DNA of 61,040 bases, counting the filler. It is 8 parts of 8 records of this genome, joined end to end, with 100 filler letters (N's around TTAATTAATTAA, not from the genome) between each part and the next. Parts side by side here need not be neighbours in the genome. Positions count along the whole stretch, not along the records: positions 43,228 to 49,043 come from SRR31156797_23596; positions 49,144 to 61,040 come from SRR31156797_23614; 6 more parts are not named here. One strand, given 5' to 3'. Below are positions 46,937 through 56,694 of the stretch, one piece after another. Under the pieces are notes generated by a model. That model made no database searches and was not told the origin of the DNA. It worked only from the letters and a program-made list of their open reading frames with translations. How positions within the stretch are numbered: the stretch's first letter is position 1; every line of letters starts with the position of its first letter. The translations under genes and the position numbers were made by a program.

Positions 46937-47885
46937 ACTCTTCTAAACTATAAAGATATCCTCTTATATTTGAGGGGATTTTTTTCACTCTACATAGCTC
47001 TTTAAATTTTTTATTCATTTTTATCTCTTTTATATATGGAGCAATATAGATGGTATCCTCTTCTATACTTACAGCAAATTTATGTGATATTACCACTTGT
47101 TTTTTCTTTACGATCTCATCGCGAGTTTTTTTTGTAATGATCACTCCTCTTTTTTTTAGATCACTGTCAATAAGTTTTATGGCAATATTTGGATCGGTAT
47201 TAAACTTATAGATGCTAAGCTCTTTGAATATTATAGGTTGAGTTGAGGGTATTAAAGAGTATAGATCGTTTTGAAGATACTCAAAACTATTTTGTATCCC
47301 TTTTTCATACTCTTTTATTAACGTATCACTAAAATTATGGCGAAAGTAGTTGCGAAGATATTTTTCATTTTGATTTGAACTATCTTCAAAGTATTGATAA
47401 GTATGAGTTTTTAAATATTCTAAAAGGGAGCTTTTAGAGTGTTTTAAAAGAGGTTTATAAAGAAGATAATCATTTCTATAGCTAATCTCTTCCATCCCTA
47501 AAAGCTCTTTTAGTCCAGCACCACGAGTTAGCTGCATCAAAAACCATTCTAGTTTATCATTTAATTGATGGGCAGTTAATAGAGTTTTATATGAATACTC
47601 TTCTATCAAAGTATCAAAAAATTGGTATCGAAACTCCCTTGCAGAATGCTCACTAAATGAAAGCTCTTTTGGATAGGTTTTGATAAAACATTCTTTATTG
47701 AACTTTTTCGCAAGCTTTTTTGCATATTCTATCTCTTGTTTTGATTGTTCCCTTTGTCCATAATCAACGATTGCCATATCAAAAGGGATATTATTCTCTA
47801 CCAAAAGATAAAAAAGTGCGCTAGAATCGATACCGCCACTAAAGGCAAGTAAGTTTTTTTGATCTAAATAATCTATTTTAAACAT
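46890..47885 (-). CDS. tilS: tRNA(Ile)-lysidine synthetase
   Basis: AFSGGIDS, AREFRY, TAHQLNDKLEWFLMQLTRGAG, FEDSSN, RNYFRH. Confidence 0.92.
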   Translation of the reverse strand: MFKIDYLDQKNLLAFSGGIDSSALFYLLVENNIPFDMAIVDYGQREQSKQEIEYAKKLAKKFNKECFIKTYPKELSFSEHSAREFRYQFFDTLIEEYSYKTLLTAHQLNDKLEWFLMQLTRGAGLKELLGMEEISYRNDYLLYKPLLKHSKSSLLEYLKTHTYQYFEDSSNQNEKYLRNYFRHNFSDTLIKEYEKGIQNSFEYLQNDLYSLIPSTQPIIFKELSIYKFNTDPNIAIKLIDSDLKKRGVIITKKTRDEIVKKKQVVISHKFAVSIEEDTIYIAPYIKEIKMNKKFKELCRVKKIPSNIRGYLYSLEEFNFLVWDSLLEPEKE

Positions 47886-48015
47886 AAAAAGATTATATTG
47901 TGAAGTTTGTTATACTCAACTTACGCAAAATTTATTAAATTTATTACTTAAATTTATGGCAAATATAAGAATGTATAATATATAATTGTGCATATAAATT
48001 GAAAAGGATGGAAAA

Positions 48016-49043
48016 ATGGGTGAAGTTGTGAAAAAAACATCTTATCGAATTCAGAGATACTGGGCGTATATCATAGCAACAATCGTTGCAGTAGGACTCC
48101 CTTTTATTCAGATAAATGGACATCAAGTTTTCTTATTATCATTTGATAAAAAACAGTTACACTTAATGGGTGTAGTTTTTGATATGCAAGAGCTTTATAT
48201 GATGCCATTTTTATTAATGCTTTTATTCCTTGGTATTTTTGCAGTAACTGCAATTGGAGGAAGAGCATGGTGTGGTTGGGCCTGTCCGCAAACGGTTTTC
48301 CGTGTAATCTATAGAGATCTAATTGAGGGAAAACTATTAGGGCTTAGAAGAATCAAAAATAAACAAAAAGAACCAGATTGGTCAAAACCTGAAAATGCAA
48401 CCAAAAGAGTTGTAGCTATTTTAATCTGGACTGGGTTATCGCTTTTAGCAGCAGCAGACTTTATGTGGTATTTTATCCCACCAGCAGACTTTTTTGAATA
48501 TATGAAAAACCCAATGGAGCATACAGTTCTTCTTGGATTTATCTTAGGTATTGCAGGGTTCTTAGTATATGATGTAGTATTTTTAAAAGAAAACTTTTGT
48601 GTATATGTTTGTCCATATTCAAGAGTTCAATCAGTACTTTATGATGATGATACAGTTCAAGCGATCTATAGTACAAAAAGAGGTGGAGATATCTACAACG
48701 ATAAAAAAGAGAAAGTTGTATTTAAAACTCAAGACCTGAGTGAGACTGATGAGTGTACCACATGTCAAAGTTGTGTAACGGTTTGTCCTACACATATTGA
48801 TATTAGAAAAGGGATGCAGCTAGAGTGTATCAACTGTTTAGAGTGTGTTGATGCTTGTACAACAGTTATGGGGAAACTTGGAAAGCCATCATTAGTTCAA
48901 TGGACAAGTACAAATGAGATAGAAAAAGATACACCAACAAAATTCTTCAGAAAGAAAACAATGATGTATCTTGTAGCACTTGCTATTATTGTTGGGATGC
49001 TATTTGTAATGGGTGGTAAAAAAGAGTATATGCTTTTAAATGT
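48016..49043 (+). CDS. ccoG: Cytochrome c oxidase accessory ferredoxin CcoG/FixG (3'-truncated)
   Basis: GRAWCGWACPQTVF, FCVYVCPY, CTTCQSCVTVCPTHIDIR.G.QLECINCLECVDAC. Confidence 0.93.
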
Positions 49044-49143
49044 NNNNNNNNNNNNNNNNNNNNNNNNNNNNNNNNNNNNNNNNNNNNTTAATTAATTAAN
49101 NNNNNNNNNNNNNNNNNNNNNNNNNNNNNNNNNNNNNNNNNNN
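49044..49143. other. Artificial contig spacer
   Basis: N44-TTAATTAATTAA-N44. Confidence 0.98.
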
Positions 49144-49458
49144 ACGTTGTCGTACTCCTTCCGGATCGCCATCGCCCCACACATGAGGACTGGCAATGCT
49201 TTTGTGACGATGATCGATGGGATCGCACACACATTGTCCGTCGAGGTGGGTTGAGATGGAATATAATTTTAAACCATATTTATCTAAAAGTGCTTTTCTG
49301 TCGTCGCAATACGCCTGATCGGCTTTAGCAATTTCCATGTGATCGCCCCAGGTACAAAGTTCAACGCCGTCGTACCCAAATGCTTTGGCTTTCTGACACA
49401 TGGTTTCAATGGGTAAATCGGCCCATTGTCCGGTGAATAGTGTTACTGGTCTTGCCAT
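49144..49458 (-). CDS. Sugar phosphate isomerase/epimerase (xylose-isomerase-like TIM barrel), 3'-truncated
   Basis: [40 protein letters not shown]. Confidence 0.85.
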
Positions 49459-49464
49459 TATTAT

Positions 49465-49531
49465 AAAGTTTCAAGTTAAAAGTTCAGTGTTAAAAGTAAA
49501 GTCCGTAAGTTTTGTACTTCAGACTTCCGTC
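49465..49531. repeat. Degenerate heptamer array (AAGTTNN, then NACTTCN)
   Basis: aagtttc aagttaa aagttca gtgttaa ... tacttca gacttcc: 7-nt periodicity with an inverted second half. Confidence 0.45.
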
Positions 49532-50707
49532 TTATTCATCAATTACATCGCCAAATTTTACCCATTTTACCTCATCGTTGTAACCTGCACTAACTACAGT
49601 ATCGATAAATTGCATGCCACGTATTCCATCTTCAACACCCGGAAAATCCAGCATTTCGGGAGTTGGTTCTTCGCCATTGGCTTTGGCACGTATGGTTAAA
49701 GCAAAGTTGCGGTAAATGTTGGCAAAAGCTTCCAAATAACCTTCAGGATGACCGCCCGGAGTTCGTGTATTGTGTGCAGCAATTGCAGTATCCATGCTTG
49801 TTCCAACACGCATTACCTGCATTGGCTGATCAGCCCATTTTAGTATTAACGAATTGGGTTCGTGTTGCAACCACTCGAATCCACCTTTTTCGCCATAAGC
49901 ACGAATTTTAACCCCATTTTCTTCACCGGCTGCTATTTGTGTAGCCATTAAAACACCTTGTGCTCCACTATCGAAACGCATAAAACAAGCGCCATCATCA
50001 TCCAGTAAACGGTTCGGAACAAACACATTTAAATCGGCACAAAGCTCAGTTACTTTTAAGCCGGTAATATACTCGGCCAAATGGTGAGCATGGGTACCAA
50101 TGTCGCCCATGCTACCTGCTTTACCCGATCGTTTTGGATCGGTTCGCCAACTGGCTTGCGGGTTTCCGGTATCCTCCAGTTTCGACGATAACCAGCCTTG
50201 CGGGTATTCCACAAATATTTTCCTGATTTTACCAAAGCGGCCTTCAGCAACCATTTGTTTGGCTTGCTTAACCGCTGGGTAGCCTGAATAAGTGTGGGTT
50301 AGTGCAAAAGTCAAACCGGTTTCTTCCAATTTTTCTTTTAGTTGCAAAGCTTCATCCAAAGTAAACGTAATTGGTTTATCGAGCACCACATGAAAACCCT
50401 TGTCGAGGGCTTTCATGGCCGGATCGAAATGCACAAAGTTGGGCGTTACTATGGAAACAAAATCCATTCGTTCACCTTCAGGAAGTAGTGCTTCTTTTTC
50501 AAACATTTCGTTGTAGTTGGCGTAAACGCGGCTCTCGGGCAAAAAATACTCTTTTCCCGACTCTTTGGAAATTTCAGGGTTCACACTAAAACAGCCACAT
50601 ACCAGTTCAATTTGGTTATCCATAAAAGCTGCCAAACGGTGAATTGCGCCGATAAATGCATCGTTGCCACCACCAACCATTCCCATACGAAGTTTTCGAT
50701 TCATCAT
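49532..50707 (-). CDS. Gfo/Idh/MocA family oxidoreductase
   Basis: LRMGMVGGG..AFIGAIHR, IVTPN..H, LDKP, EYPQGWL, GDIGTHA, PGGHPEGYLEAFANIY. Confidence 0.9.
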   Translation of the reverse strand: MMNRKLRMGMVGGGNDAFIGAIHRLAAFMDNQIELVCGCFSVNPEISKESGKEYFLPESRVYANYNEMFEKEALLPEGERMDFVSIVTPNFVHFDPAMKALDKGFHVVLDKPITFTLDEALQLKEKLEETGLTFALTHTYSGYPAVKQAKQMVAEGRFGKIRKIFVEYPQGWLSSKLEDTGNPQASWRTDPKRSGKAGSMGDIGTHAHHLAEYITGLKVTELCADLNVFVPNRLLDDDGACFMRFDSGAQGVLMATQIAAGEENGVKIRAYGEKGGFEWLQHEPNSLILKWADQPMQVMRVGTSMDTAIAAHNTRTPGGHPEGYLEAFANIYRNFALTIRAKANGEEPTPEMLDFPGVEDGIRGMQFIDTVVSAGYNDEVKWVKFGDVIDE

Positions 50708-50968
50708 GATTTATTAAGTTTTAGTTGATTCAATTATACAATTATTGCCGTTAAAATTAGCAACTCTTTTTTTAGGAAGCAATAAAAAGATAAGCAGGTT
50801 CTGTTTCGTTCTATTCTGCTTTTGAGAATATTAATTTGAAAAAAGAAGATAAACAGGGATTAAAGACCATAATTGTTCGTCTTGTACAAACAAGGTTTTG
50901 GATTATTTTCTTGTTTGAAAACAGAAAAGATTACTTTTAAGTCTTTTAAAGACAGAACTTCGAAAAAG

Positions 50969-51418
50969 ATGAAGAAAATTATTGTTATAGGAACAGAACC
51001 TCCTTGTCCTCGTTGCGGATTACTAACAAAAGTAATGCGTGGAAAAATTAAAGAACTAAATATTTCTGCTTCGGTTGAACACTACTCATATACAAGCGAA
51101 ATGGCAAATAAATTTGCATCAGGTATTGGATTAACAACTGGCACTGCTAAGGATGTAGCATTGAAATTGGGCGAGCAAATTGATAAATCTCAACTCAAAT
51201 ATATACTTGATAATGGTTGCTCGTGTTCGGGTCCTGATTTTAAAGATTATAACCAATTTAAATGGTCGCCTCAGTTAGACGATTTTTTACGCCCCTTTGA
51301 AGACAAAGCAAAACAAGTAGGGATTTTAATGACACCAATCTTAATTATCGATAATGAAGTAAAACATGCCGGAAGTATTCCAGATCTTAATAAAATTGAG
51401 AAATGGCTTAAAGAATAG
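50969..51418 (+). CDS. Thioredoxin_3 (MTH895-like) redox protein with a large internal insertion
   Basis: MKKIIVIGTEPPCPRC ... VGILMTPILIIDNEVKHAGSIP. Confidence 0.7.
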   Translation: MKKIIVIGTEPPCPRCGLLTKVMRGKIKELNISASVEHYSYTSEMANKFASGIGLTTGTAKDVALKLGEQIDKSQLKYILDNGCSCSGPDFKDYNQFKWSPQLDDFLRPFEDKAKQVGILMTPILIIDNEVKHAGSIPDLNKIEKWLKE

Positions 51419-51441
51419 TTGAAATTTAGACCAAATGTGTG

Positions 51442-53823
51442 TTAGAACTCCACAATAATCCCGACGGTTGGCAATACCGTACCACTTTTACTTTCAATCT
51501 CGTTTAACAGGTACCTGGTTCCTTTATCAACTAAGATAAAATTCCCGTCAGTATCTTCGGCACGAACAATTATATCGTTCTCCTGCGCCTGAAAATTATA
51601 AAAGTTCTGAATATCGATATAAAATTTGGCTGTGATCTTATTCAGATAATACGACTTGTCTACCCTAATATCCAGCTGGTGAAAGGGATCAAAACGTTTC
51701 GAGTTTAACTGCGAATAATCGAGGTATGGTCCGCCCTGTAAATCCCAGTTCTCAACCAATGACGATTTTTCAAGATCCCAGGGCGTATAAGGCAATCCGC
51801 CTACAAATCGCCATCTGGCCCCAATCCTCCAGTTCCTTTTCAGGTCTTTTGTTGTGGTTATGGTTAACAGATGTTTCGAATCCCAGCTGGAAGGAATATA
51901 TACTTCGTTTTTATCTTTAAACTCGCTGCGAACCAACGTATAAGAAAGATTGAGAATAAATCCATCGGTTGAATTTACACGAGTCTGAAACTCTGCACCA
52001 TAAGCCCGCCCTTCTGATGAAGATGTTACTTCTTCATCACCGATCACACCAAAATCGGCTCCTTTATTGGCCAGGCTAATTTGATCCACTACTGAAAAAG
52101 GATAGTCAGAGTAGCCTTTCCAAAAGGCTTCTGCCGATAATTGAACAGCTGACTTTGGACGATATTCCACTCCTCCGATCAGATGATCTACGGCAATGTA
52201 TTTCAGGTTGTTTCTTTTATTTACCAACTCCTCGTTCTCTTTATAACCCAATGTAGTATAGGCGGGCAACTGGTAGTAGCGTCCGGTATTAAAGTTTAGG
52301 CTCCATTTGGAGGAAAGGCTGTATGAGGCTGAAAAACGGGGGGAAACCTGGTCCAAAAGATTGTTCATACCCGATGAGTAATTATTGGCATCGGTACGCA
52401 GACCGAATGAAAGAGCCAGGCGCTCTTCAAAAACACTTTTACTGACTTGTGCAAACAAACCGTACTTCACCAGGTTAAGATCAGTTTTATAATTCACCTC
52501 AAAAATCTCATCTCCATCAATCCTTCGTTGTTGTGTACTGTTTTTATAAGTTACAAAATCGGTACTGGCACCAAAATTCAGTTTAAAACCATCAAAACGT
52601 GAAGTATTTTCAAAGCGAAACTTATTTTCAATTTCTTCCGAATTGTAATCCAGAATTTTGTTGTCTTCAGAGCTTTCGTCGTTTTCCAAATACTTATAAG
52701 CAGAGTTATTTAAATGACTTCGGCTGGCTACCAGGGTTTGATAACTATTATCGCGATAGTGTTTATACACCGCACCAATGGTATAGTTCCATTGCTCGTT
52801 TACTGGAATTTCGCTCAATATGTATTTTTGTTCATCATCCGGGTCATCTATATCTTCATTCAATTCAAACAAATCATTTGCACCTAAACCAATCAATGTA
52901 ATTTCATTTTTTTTATCAAAACGAGTGCGTACTTTAAACTGCATATCGGTAAACGTAGGTAAAAAGGGTAGTTCGAGGGCACTGAATAAAAATTGAAGAT
53001 ACGAGTGACGAACCGAAAAAACAAAATTGGTTTTTTCTCCAATCGGACCATCCAGGGTGGCAGCTATTTCTGAAGCTCCAAGGGTTCCGCGAAAATTTAG
53101 TTTTTCTTCGTTTCCGTTAATCTGATTGAATTCCAATACCCCACTTAATGCGTTGCCACGATTGGCCGGAAAAGCGCCTGAATAATAATTTACTTCGCGA
53201 ATAAAATCAGCGTTTAATATTCCCACAGGGCCACCGGAAGCCCCCTGCGTTGCAAAGTGGTTGATAAAAGGCACTTCCACCCCATCAAGGTAAAACCTGC
53301 TTTCAGAAGGCCCACCTCCCCGGATAATAATGTCGTTGCGGTAAGCCGGTGTTGACTGTACTCCGGGAAAAGATTGAATTACTTTTGAAATATCGCGATT
53401 GGCACCCGGGCTTTTTTCGATCTCACCAACACTTATCGATCGCAGGGAAACAGGGCTTTCAGGTGTTTTTCTGAATGGAGTTGCCAAAACAGTAACCTCT
53501 TCCAGTTCCGATGTGGCTTTTTCCAGTTTTAACTCAACAAAATGTTTACTGGCTACATTTACTTCCACTTCTGCCGATATAGCCTTTTTATACCCTACAA
53601 AACTAGCTTCGATTCGTATAAAACCCGGTTTTAAATTATTAAACTCAAAATGTCCTTCCTCATCACTTACCGTCCCCAAAGCAGTACCCGATACCAGAAT
53701 ATTAACAAAGGGCAAAGGTTCATTACTGTAGGCATCAACAACCTTTCCTGTTAGCGCAGCATTTTGTGCACCAACAAATACAGGCAGAAACAAAAGCGAT
53801 ATGACGATAAATGTTTTGTGCAT
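51442..53823 (-). CDS. TonB-dependent receptor (carboxypeptidase-regulatory N-domain, plug, barrel)
   Basis: Signal peptide; EPLPFVNI, ASFVGY, LEEVTV, IIIRGGGPSE, INHF, FPA.RGNALSGV; terminal VEF. Confidence 0.9.
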   Translation of the reverse strand: MHKTFIVISLLFLPVFVGAQNAALTGKVVDAYSNEPLPFVNILVSGTALGTVSDEEGHFEFNNLKPGFIRIEASFVGYKKAISAEVEVNVASKHFVELKLEKATSELEEVTVLATPFRKTPESPVSLRSISVGEIEKSPGANRDISKVIQSFPGVQSTPAYRNDIIIRGGGPSESRFYLDGVEVPFINHFATQGASGGPVGILNADFIREVNYYSGAFPANRGNALSGVLEFNQINGNEEKLNFRGTLGASEIAATLDGPIGEKTNFVFSVRHSYLQFLFSALELPFLPTFTDMQFKVRTRFDKKNEITLIGLGANDLFELNEDIDDPDDEQKYILSEIPVNEQWNYTIGAVYKHYRDNSYQTLVASRSHLNNSAYKYLENDESSEDNKILDYNSEEIENKFRFENTSRFDGFKLNFGASTDFVTYKNSTQQRRIDGDEIFEVNYKTDLNLVKYGLFAQVSKSVFEERLALSFGLRTDANNYSSGMNNLLDQVSPRFSASYSLSSKWSLNFNTGRYYQLPAYTTLGYKENEELVNKRNNLKYIAVDHLIGGVEYRPKSAVQLSAEAFWKGYSDYPFSVVDQISLANKGADFGVIGDEEVTSSSEGRAYGAEFQTRVNSTDGFILNLSYTLVRSEFKDKNEVYIPSSWDSKHLLTITTTKDLKRNWRIGARWRFVGGLPYTPWDLEKSSLVENWDLQGGPYLDYSQLNSKRFDPFHQLDIRVDKSYYLNKITAKFYIDIQNFYNFQAQENDIIVRAEDTDGNFILVDKGTRYLLNEIESKSGTVLPTVGIIVEF

Positions 53824-53931
53824 GTTTTCTTTTGTTTAATTTTTATTATCAATGAGTTAAACAAAACGACAGCCAAAAAGTTGAGAAACAGTTTTGTTTT
53901 TTTCTATATTAGCCACTGAAATTACAGAATT

Positions 53932-54387
53932 ATGCGCATAATTATTCAAAAAGTAAAGGAAGCTTCGGTAACTGTTGAAGGCGAAAAAATATCGGCAATT
54001 CATAAAGGCTTGCTTATTTTAGTTGGTATTGAAAATAACGACACTCAGGAAGATATTGATTATCTGGTAAAAAAAGCGACTCAACTCCGTATTTTTGATG
54101 ATGAGAACGGGGTGATGAACCTTTCGGTAAAAGACATTGGTGGTGATGCTATTGTTGTTAGTCAGTTTACTTTACAGGCAAGCACAAAAAAAGGAAACCG
54201 TCCTTCGTATATAAAGGCAGCAAAACCTGATTTTTCAATACCGATGTACGAAAAATTTGTTGAAGCAATGGAACAGTCTATGGACAAAAAAGTAGGCACC
54301 GGAAAATTTGGTGCAATGATGGATGTCGCTTTGATCAATGATGGTCCGGTGACCATTGTTATGGATTCGAAACAAAAAGATTTCTAG
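53932..54387 (+). CDS. dtd: D-aminoacyl-tRNA deacylase
   Basis: LRIFDD, VSQFTL, KGNRPS, FGAMM.V.LINDGPVT. Confidence 0.95.
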   Translation: MRIIIQKVKEASVTVEGEKISAIHKGLLILVGIENNDTQEDIDYLVKKATQLRIFDDENGVMNLSVKDIGGDAIVVSQFTLQASTKKGNRPSYIKAAKPDFSIPMYEKFVEAMEQSMDKKVGTGKFGAMMDVALINDGPVTIVMDSKQKDF

Positions 54388-54491
54388 GTTCATTACACAC
54401 TCTCGTTGTATATAAATTTTAGGAATATAATCACAACTTTACAACAATAAGCAGGATTACAATCCTTATTTTCAATCTTTTTAAAACCACT

Positions 54492-54830
54492 ATGGATAAA
54501 ACGATTTCGATAGCTGAAGCTCAACAACAAGTTGATAACTGGATTAAAACCATTGGTGTTCGTTATTTTAGCGAGCTAACAAACATGGCAATTCTAACCG
54601 AAGAAGTTGGTGAACTGGCCCGAATAATGGCCCGTAAATATGGCGATCAATCGTTTAAAAAATCAGATGAAGATTTCGATCTGGCAGATGAAATGGCAGA
54701 TGTTTTCTGGGTGTTGATCTGTTTGGCTAATCAAACTGGTATTGATTTGAATGAAGCGTTTCTAAAAAACATGAAAAAAAAGACAGAAAGAGACAAAGAC
54801 CGTCATCAGAACAACAAAAAACTGAAATAA
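54492..54830 (+). CDS. MazG-like nucleotide pyrophosphohydrolase (YpjD-like)
   Basis: YFSELTN.A.LTEEVGELAR, LADEMADV.WVLICLANQ. Confidence 0.9.
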   Translation: MDKTISIAEAQQQVDNWIKTIGVRYFSELTNMAILTEEVGELARIMARKYGDQSFKKSDEDFDLADEMADVFWVLICLANQTGIDLNEAFLKNMKKKTERDKDRHQNNKKLK

Positions 54831-55058
54831 TTAATTTGAAACTCAGCTCTTTTAAAATCTTGTAAATTAATAATTCAGGAAACAGATTTTTTATAATCCG
54901 ATATTCTACTCCAATATTAAGCAGTTATAAAACATTTACTTCTAGCCTATTTCATTGACTTAAATCGTATTTCGGTAGCAGAAAATTCTTTATTTTGCTT
55001 TGCGAAAAGTTACGGGCAGCATAATTCATCTATAGAAACTGAAAGAAATAAACAAGGA

Positions 55059-56078
55059 ATGGAGAATCTTGATTGGAAAAAACTGGGATTTGGTTACCTC
55101 GATACAGACTGCAACATAAGGTGTTACTATCGAAATGGGAAATGGGGAGAACTCGAAGTAAGTACTTCGAACAGCATAAGTATGCATATGTCTGCAACGG
55201 CATTGCATTACGGACAGCAGGCTTTTGAAGGATTAAAAGCTTTTAAAGGAAAAGATGGAAAAATTCGTGTTTTCCGTATAGATGAAAATGCAAAACGTAT
55301 GCAGGACTCGGCCGATGGAATTTTAATGCAACAACCTCCAATCGAAAAATTTCAGGAAGCTGTTCGTATGGCTGTAAAAAAGAATGAGCGTTTTGTTCCT
55401 CCTTGCGACTCGGGTGCTGCTTTGTATATCCGTCCGTTACTGATCGGGACCGGACCACAAATTGGTGTTGCACCGGCAGAAGAATACCTGTTTATGGTTT
55501 TTGTTATGCCCGTAGGACCTTATTTCCCTGAAGGTTTTAAACCAACCAACCTGGTGATATACCGTGAATTTGACCGCGCTGCACCACAGGGTACCGGTAA
55601 ATACAAAGTTGGTGGTAACTATGCAGCAAGTATGTACGAAGGTAAAAAGGCCAAAAAGAACGGATTTTCGGCTGTACTTTATCTCGACAGCAAAGAGAAA
55701 AAATATATTGACGAGTGTGGACCAGCCAACTTTTTTGGGATTAAAAACAATACTTACGTTACACCTGAGTCCGATTCCATTCTTCCGTCTATAACCAATA
55801 AAAGTTTGATCACTCTGGCAAAAGACATGGGATTAAGCGTTGAACGACGCAAAGTACCATACGAAGAACTGGCAGATTTTGAAGAAGTTGGCGCATGCGG
55901 AACAGCCGCTGTAATCTCTCCTATCAAAGGAGTTTACGATGCCGACAACGACAAATGGTTTAAATACGGCAACCAGGAAGAAGCTGGTGAATGGTCGACC
56001 AAACTCTACAATAAACTTCGTGCGATTCAATACGGCGACGAACCTGACACACATGGTTGGATAGAGGTAATCGAATAA
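55059..56078 (+). CDS. ilvE: Branched-chain amino acid aminotransferase
   Basis: LHYGQQAFEGLKA, LYIRP, KVGGNYA (PLP Lys), ILPSIT, CGTAAVISP. Confidence 0.95.
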   Translation: MENLDWKKLGFGYLDTDCNIRCYYRNGKWGELEVSTSNSISMHMSATALHYGQQAFEGLKAFKGKDGKIRVFRIDENAKRMQDSADGILMQQPPIEKFQEAVRMAVKKNERFVPPCDSGAALYIRPLLIGTGPQIGVAPAEEYLFMVFVMPVGPYFPEGFKPTNLVIYREFDRAAPQGTGKYKVGGNYAASMYEGKKAKKNGFSAVLYLDSKEKKYIDECGPANFFGIKNNTYVTPESDSILPSITNKSLITLAKDMGLSVERRKVPYEELADFEEVGACGTAAVISPIKGVYDADNDKWFKYGNQEEAGEWSTKLYNKLRAIQYGDEPDTHGWIEVIE

Positions 56079-56098
56079 TAAATTCTAACAGATAATTC

Positions 56099-56129
56099 AA
56101 AAGCTTCGGAAATTTTCGGAGCTTTTTTT
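56099..56129 (+). terminator. Rho-independent terminator of ilvE
   Basis: AAAAGCTTCGGA-AATT-TTCGGAGCTTTTTTT. Confidence 0.8.
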
Positions 56130-56138
56130 ATACCCTGC

Positions 56139-56164
56139 TGTAACTATCCCGTAACTTGTCCGTC
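56139..56164 (+). promoter_or_regulatory. ECF-sigma promoter (autoregulatory)
   Basis: TGTAAC-N16-CGTC, 27 nt before the sigma ATG. Confidence 0.7.
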
Positions 56165-56191
56165 GTATGTTACGAACGAGGTTCAGAAATA

Positions 56192-56677
56192 ATGACAATA
56201 AACGACTATAACCACGCAATAGATCAATTCTCAGATCGTCTGTATCGCTTTGTGCTAAAAAGCATTAAAGATGTACATATGGCTGAAGATATTGTGCAGG
56301 ATAGTTTTGAGAAGCTGTGGAAGAACGTGGATAATGTGGATGGGATAAAGGTAAAATCTTATCTTTTTACCACTGCGTATCACACCATGATTGACCGAAT
56401 TCGAAAAGAAAAACGATCTGTGCTGACAGAAGACCTTAGTATACAAGAAGAAAGCCATGAAAACAATTATTCAGATTTAAAGGAAATATTAAATGAAGCT
56501 GTAAACAAATTGCCGGAAATTCAGCGAATGGTAATTTTGTTGCGCGACTATGAAGGGTATAATTACAAGGAAATTGGTGAACTAACCAATTTAAGCGAAT
56601 CGCAGGTGAAAGTTTACATCTACCGGGCAAGAGTATTTTTGAAAAAATACATTGGAAGTATTGAAGCGGTAGCATAA
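56192..56677 (+). CDS. ECF RNA polymerase sigma factor
   Basis: AEDIVQDSFEKLW, KSYLFTTAY, LPEIQR.VILLRDYEGYNYKEI, VKVYIYRAR. ATG 56192 preferred. Confidence 0.93.
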   Translation: MTINDYNHAIDQFSDRLYRFVLKSIKDVHMAEDIVQDSFEKLWKNVDNVDGIKVKSYLFTTAYHTMIDRIRKEKRSVLTEDLSIQEESHENNYSDLKEILNEAVNKLPEIQRMVILLRDYEGYNYKEIGELTNLSESQVKVYIYRARVFLKKYIGSIEAVA

Positions 56678-56694
56678 ACAAAGAGAAGGAGCAA

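Noticed and set aside
7695-49143. Seven identical TTAATTAATTAA motifs in N runs, resembling a repeat family
   Set aside because: Exact 100-bp artificial joiners; composition and taxonomy change across them.
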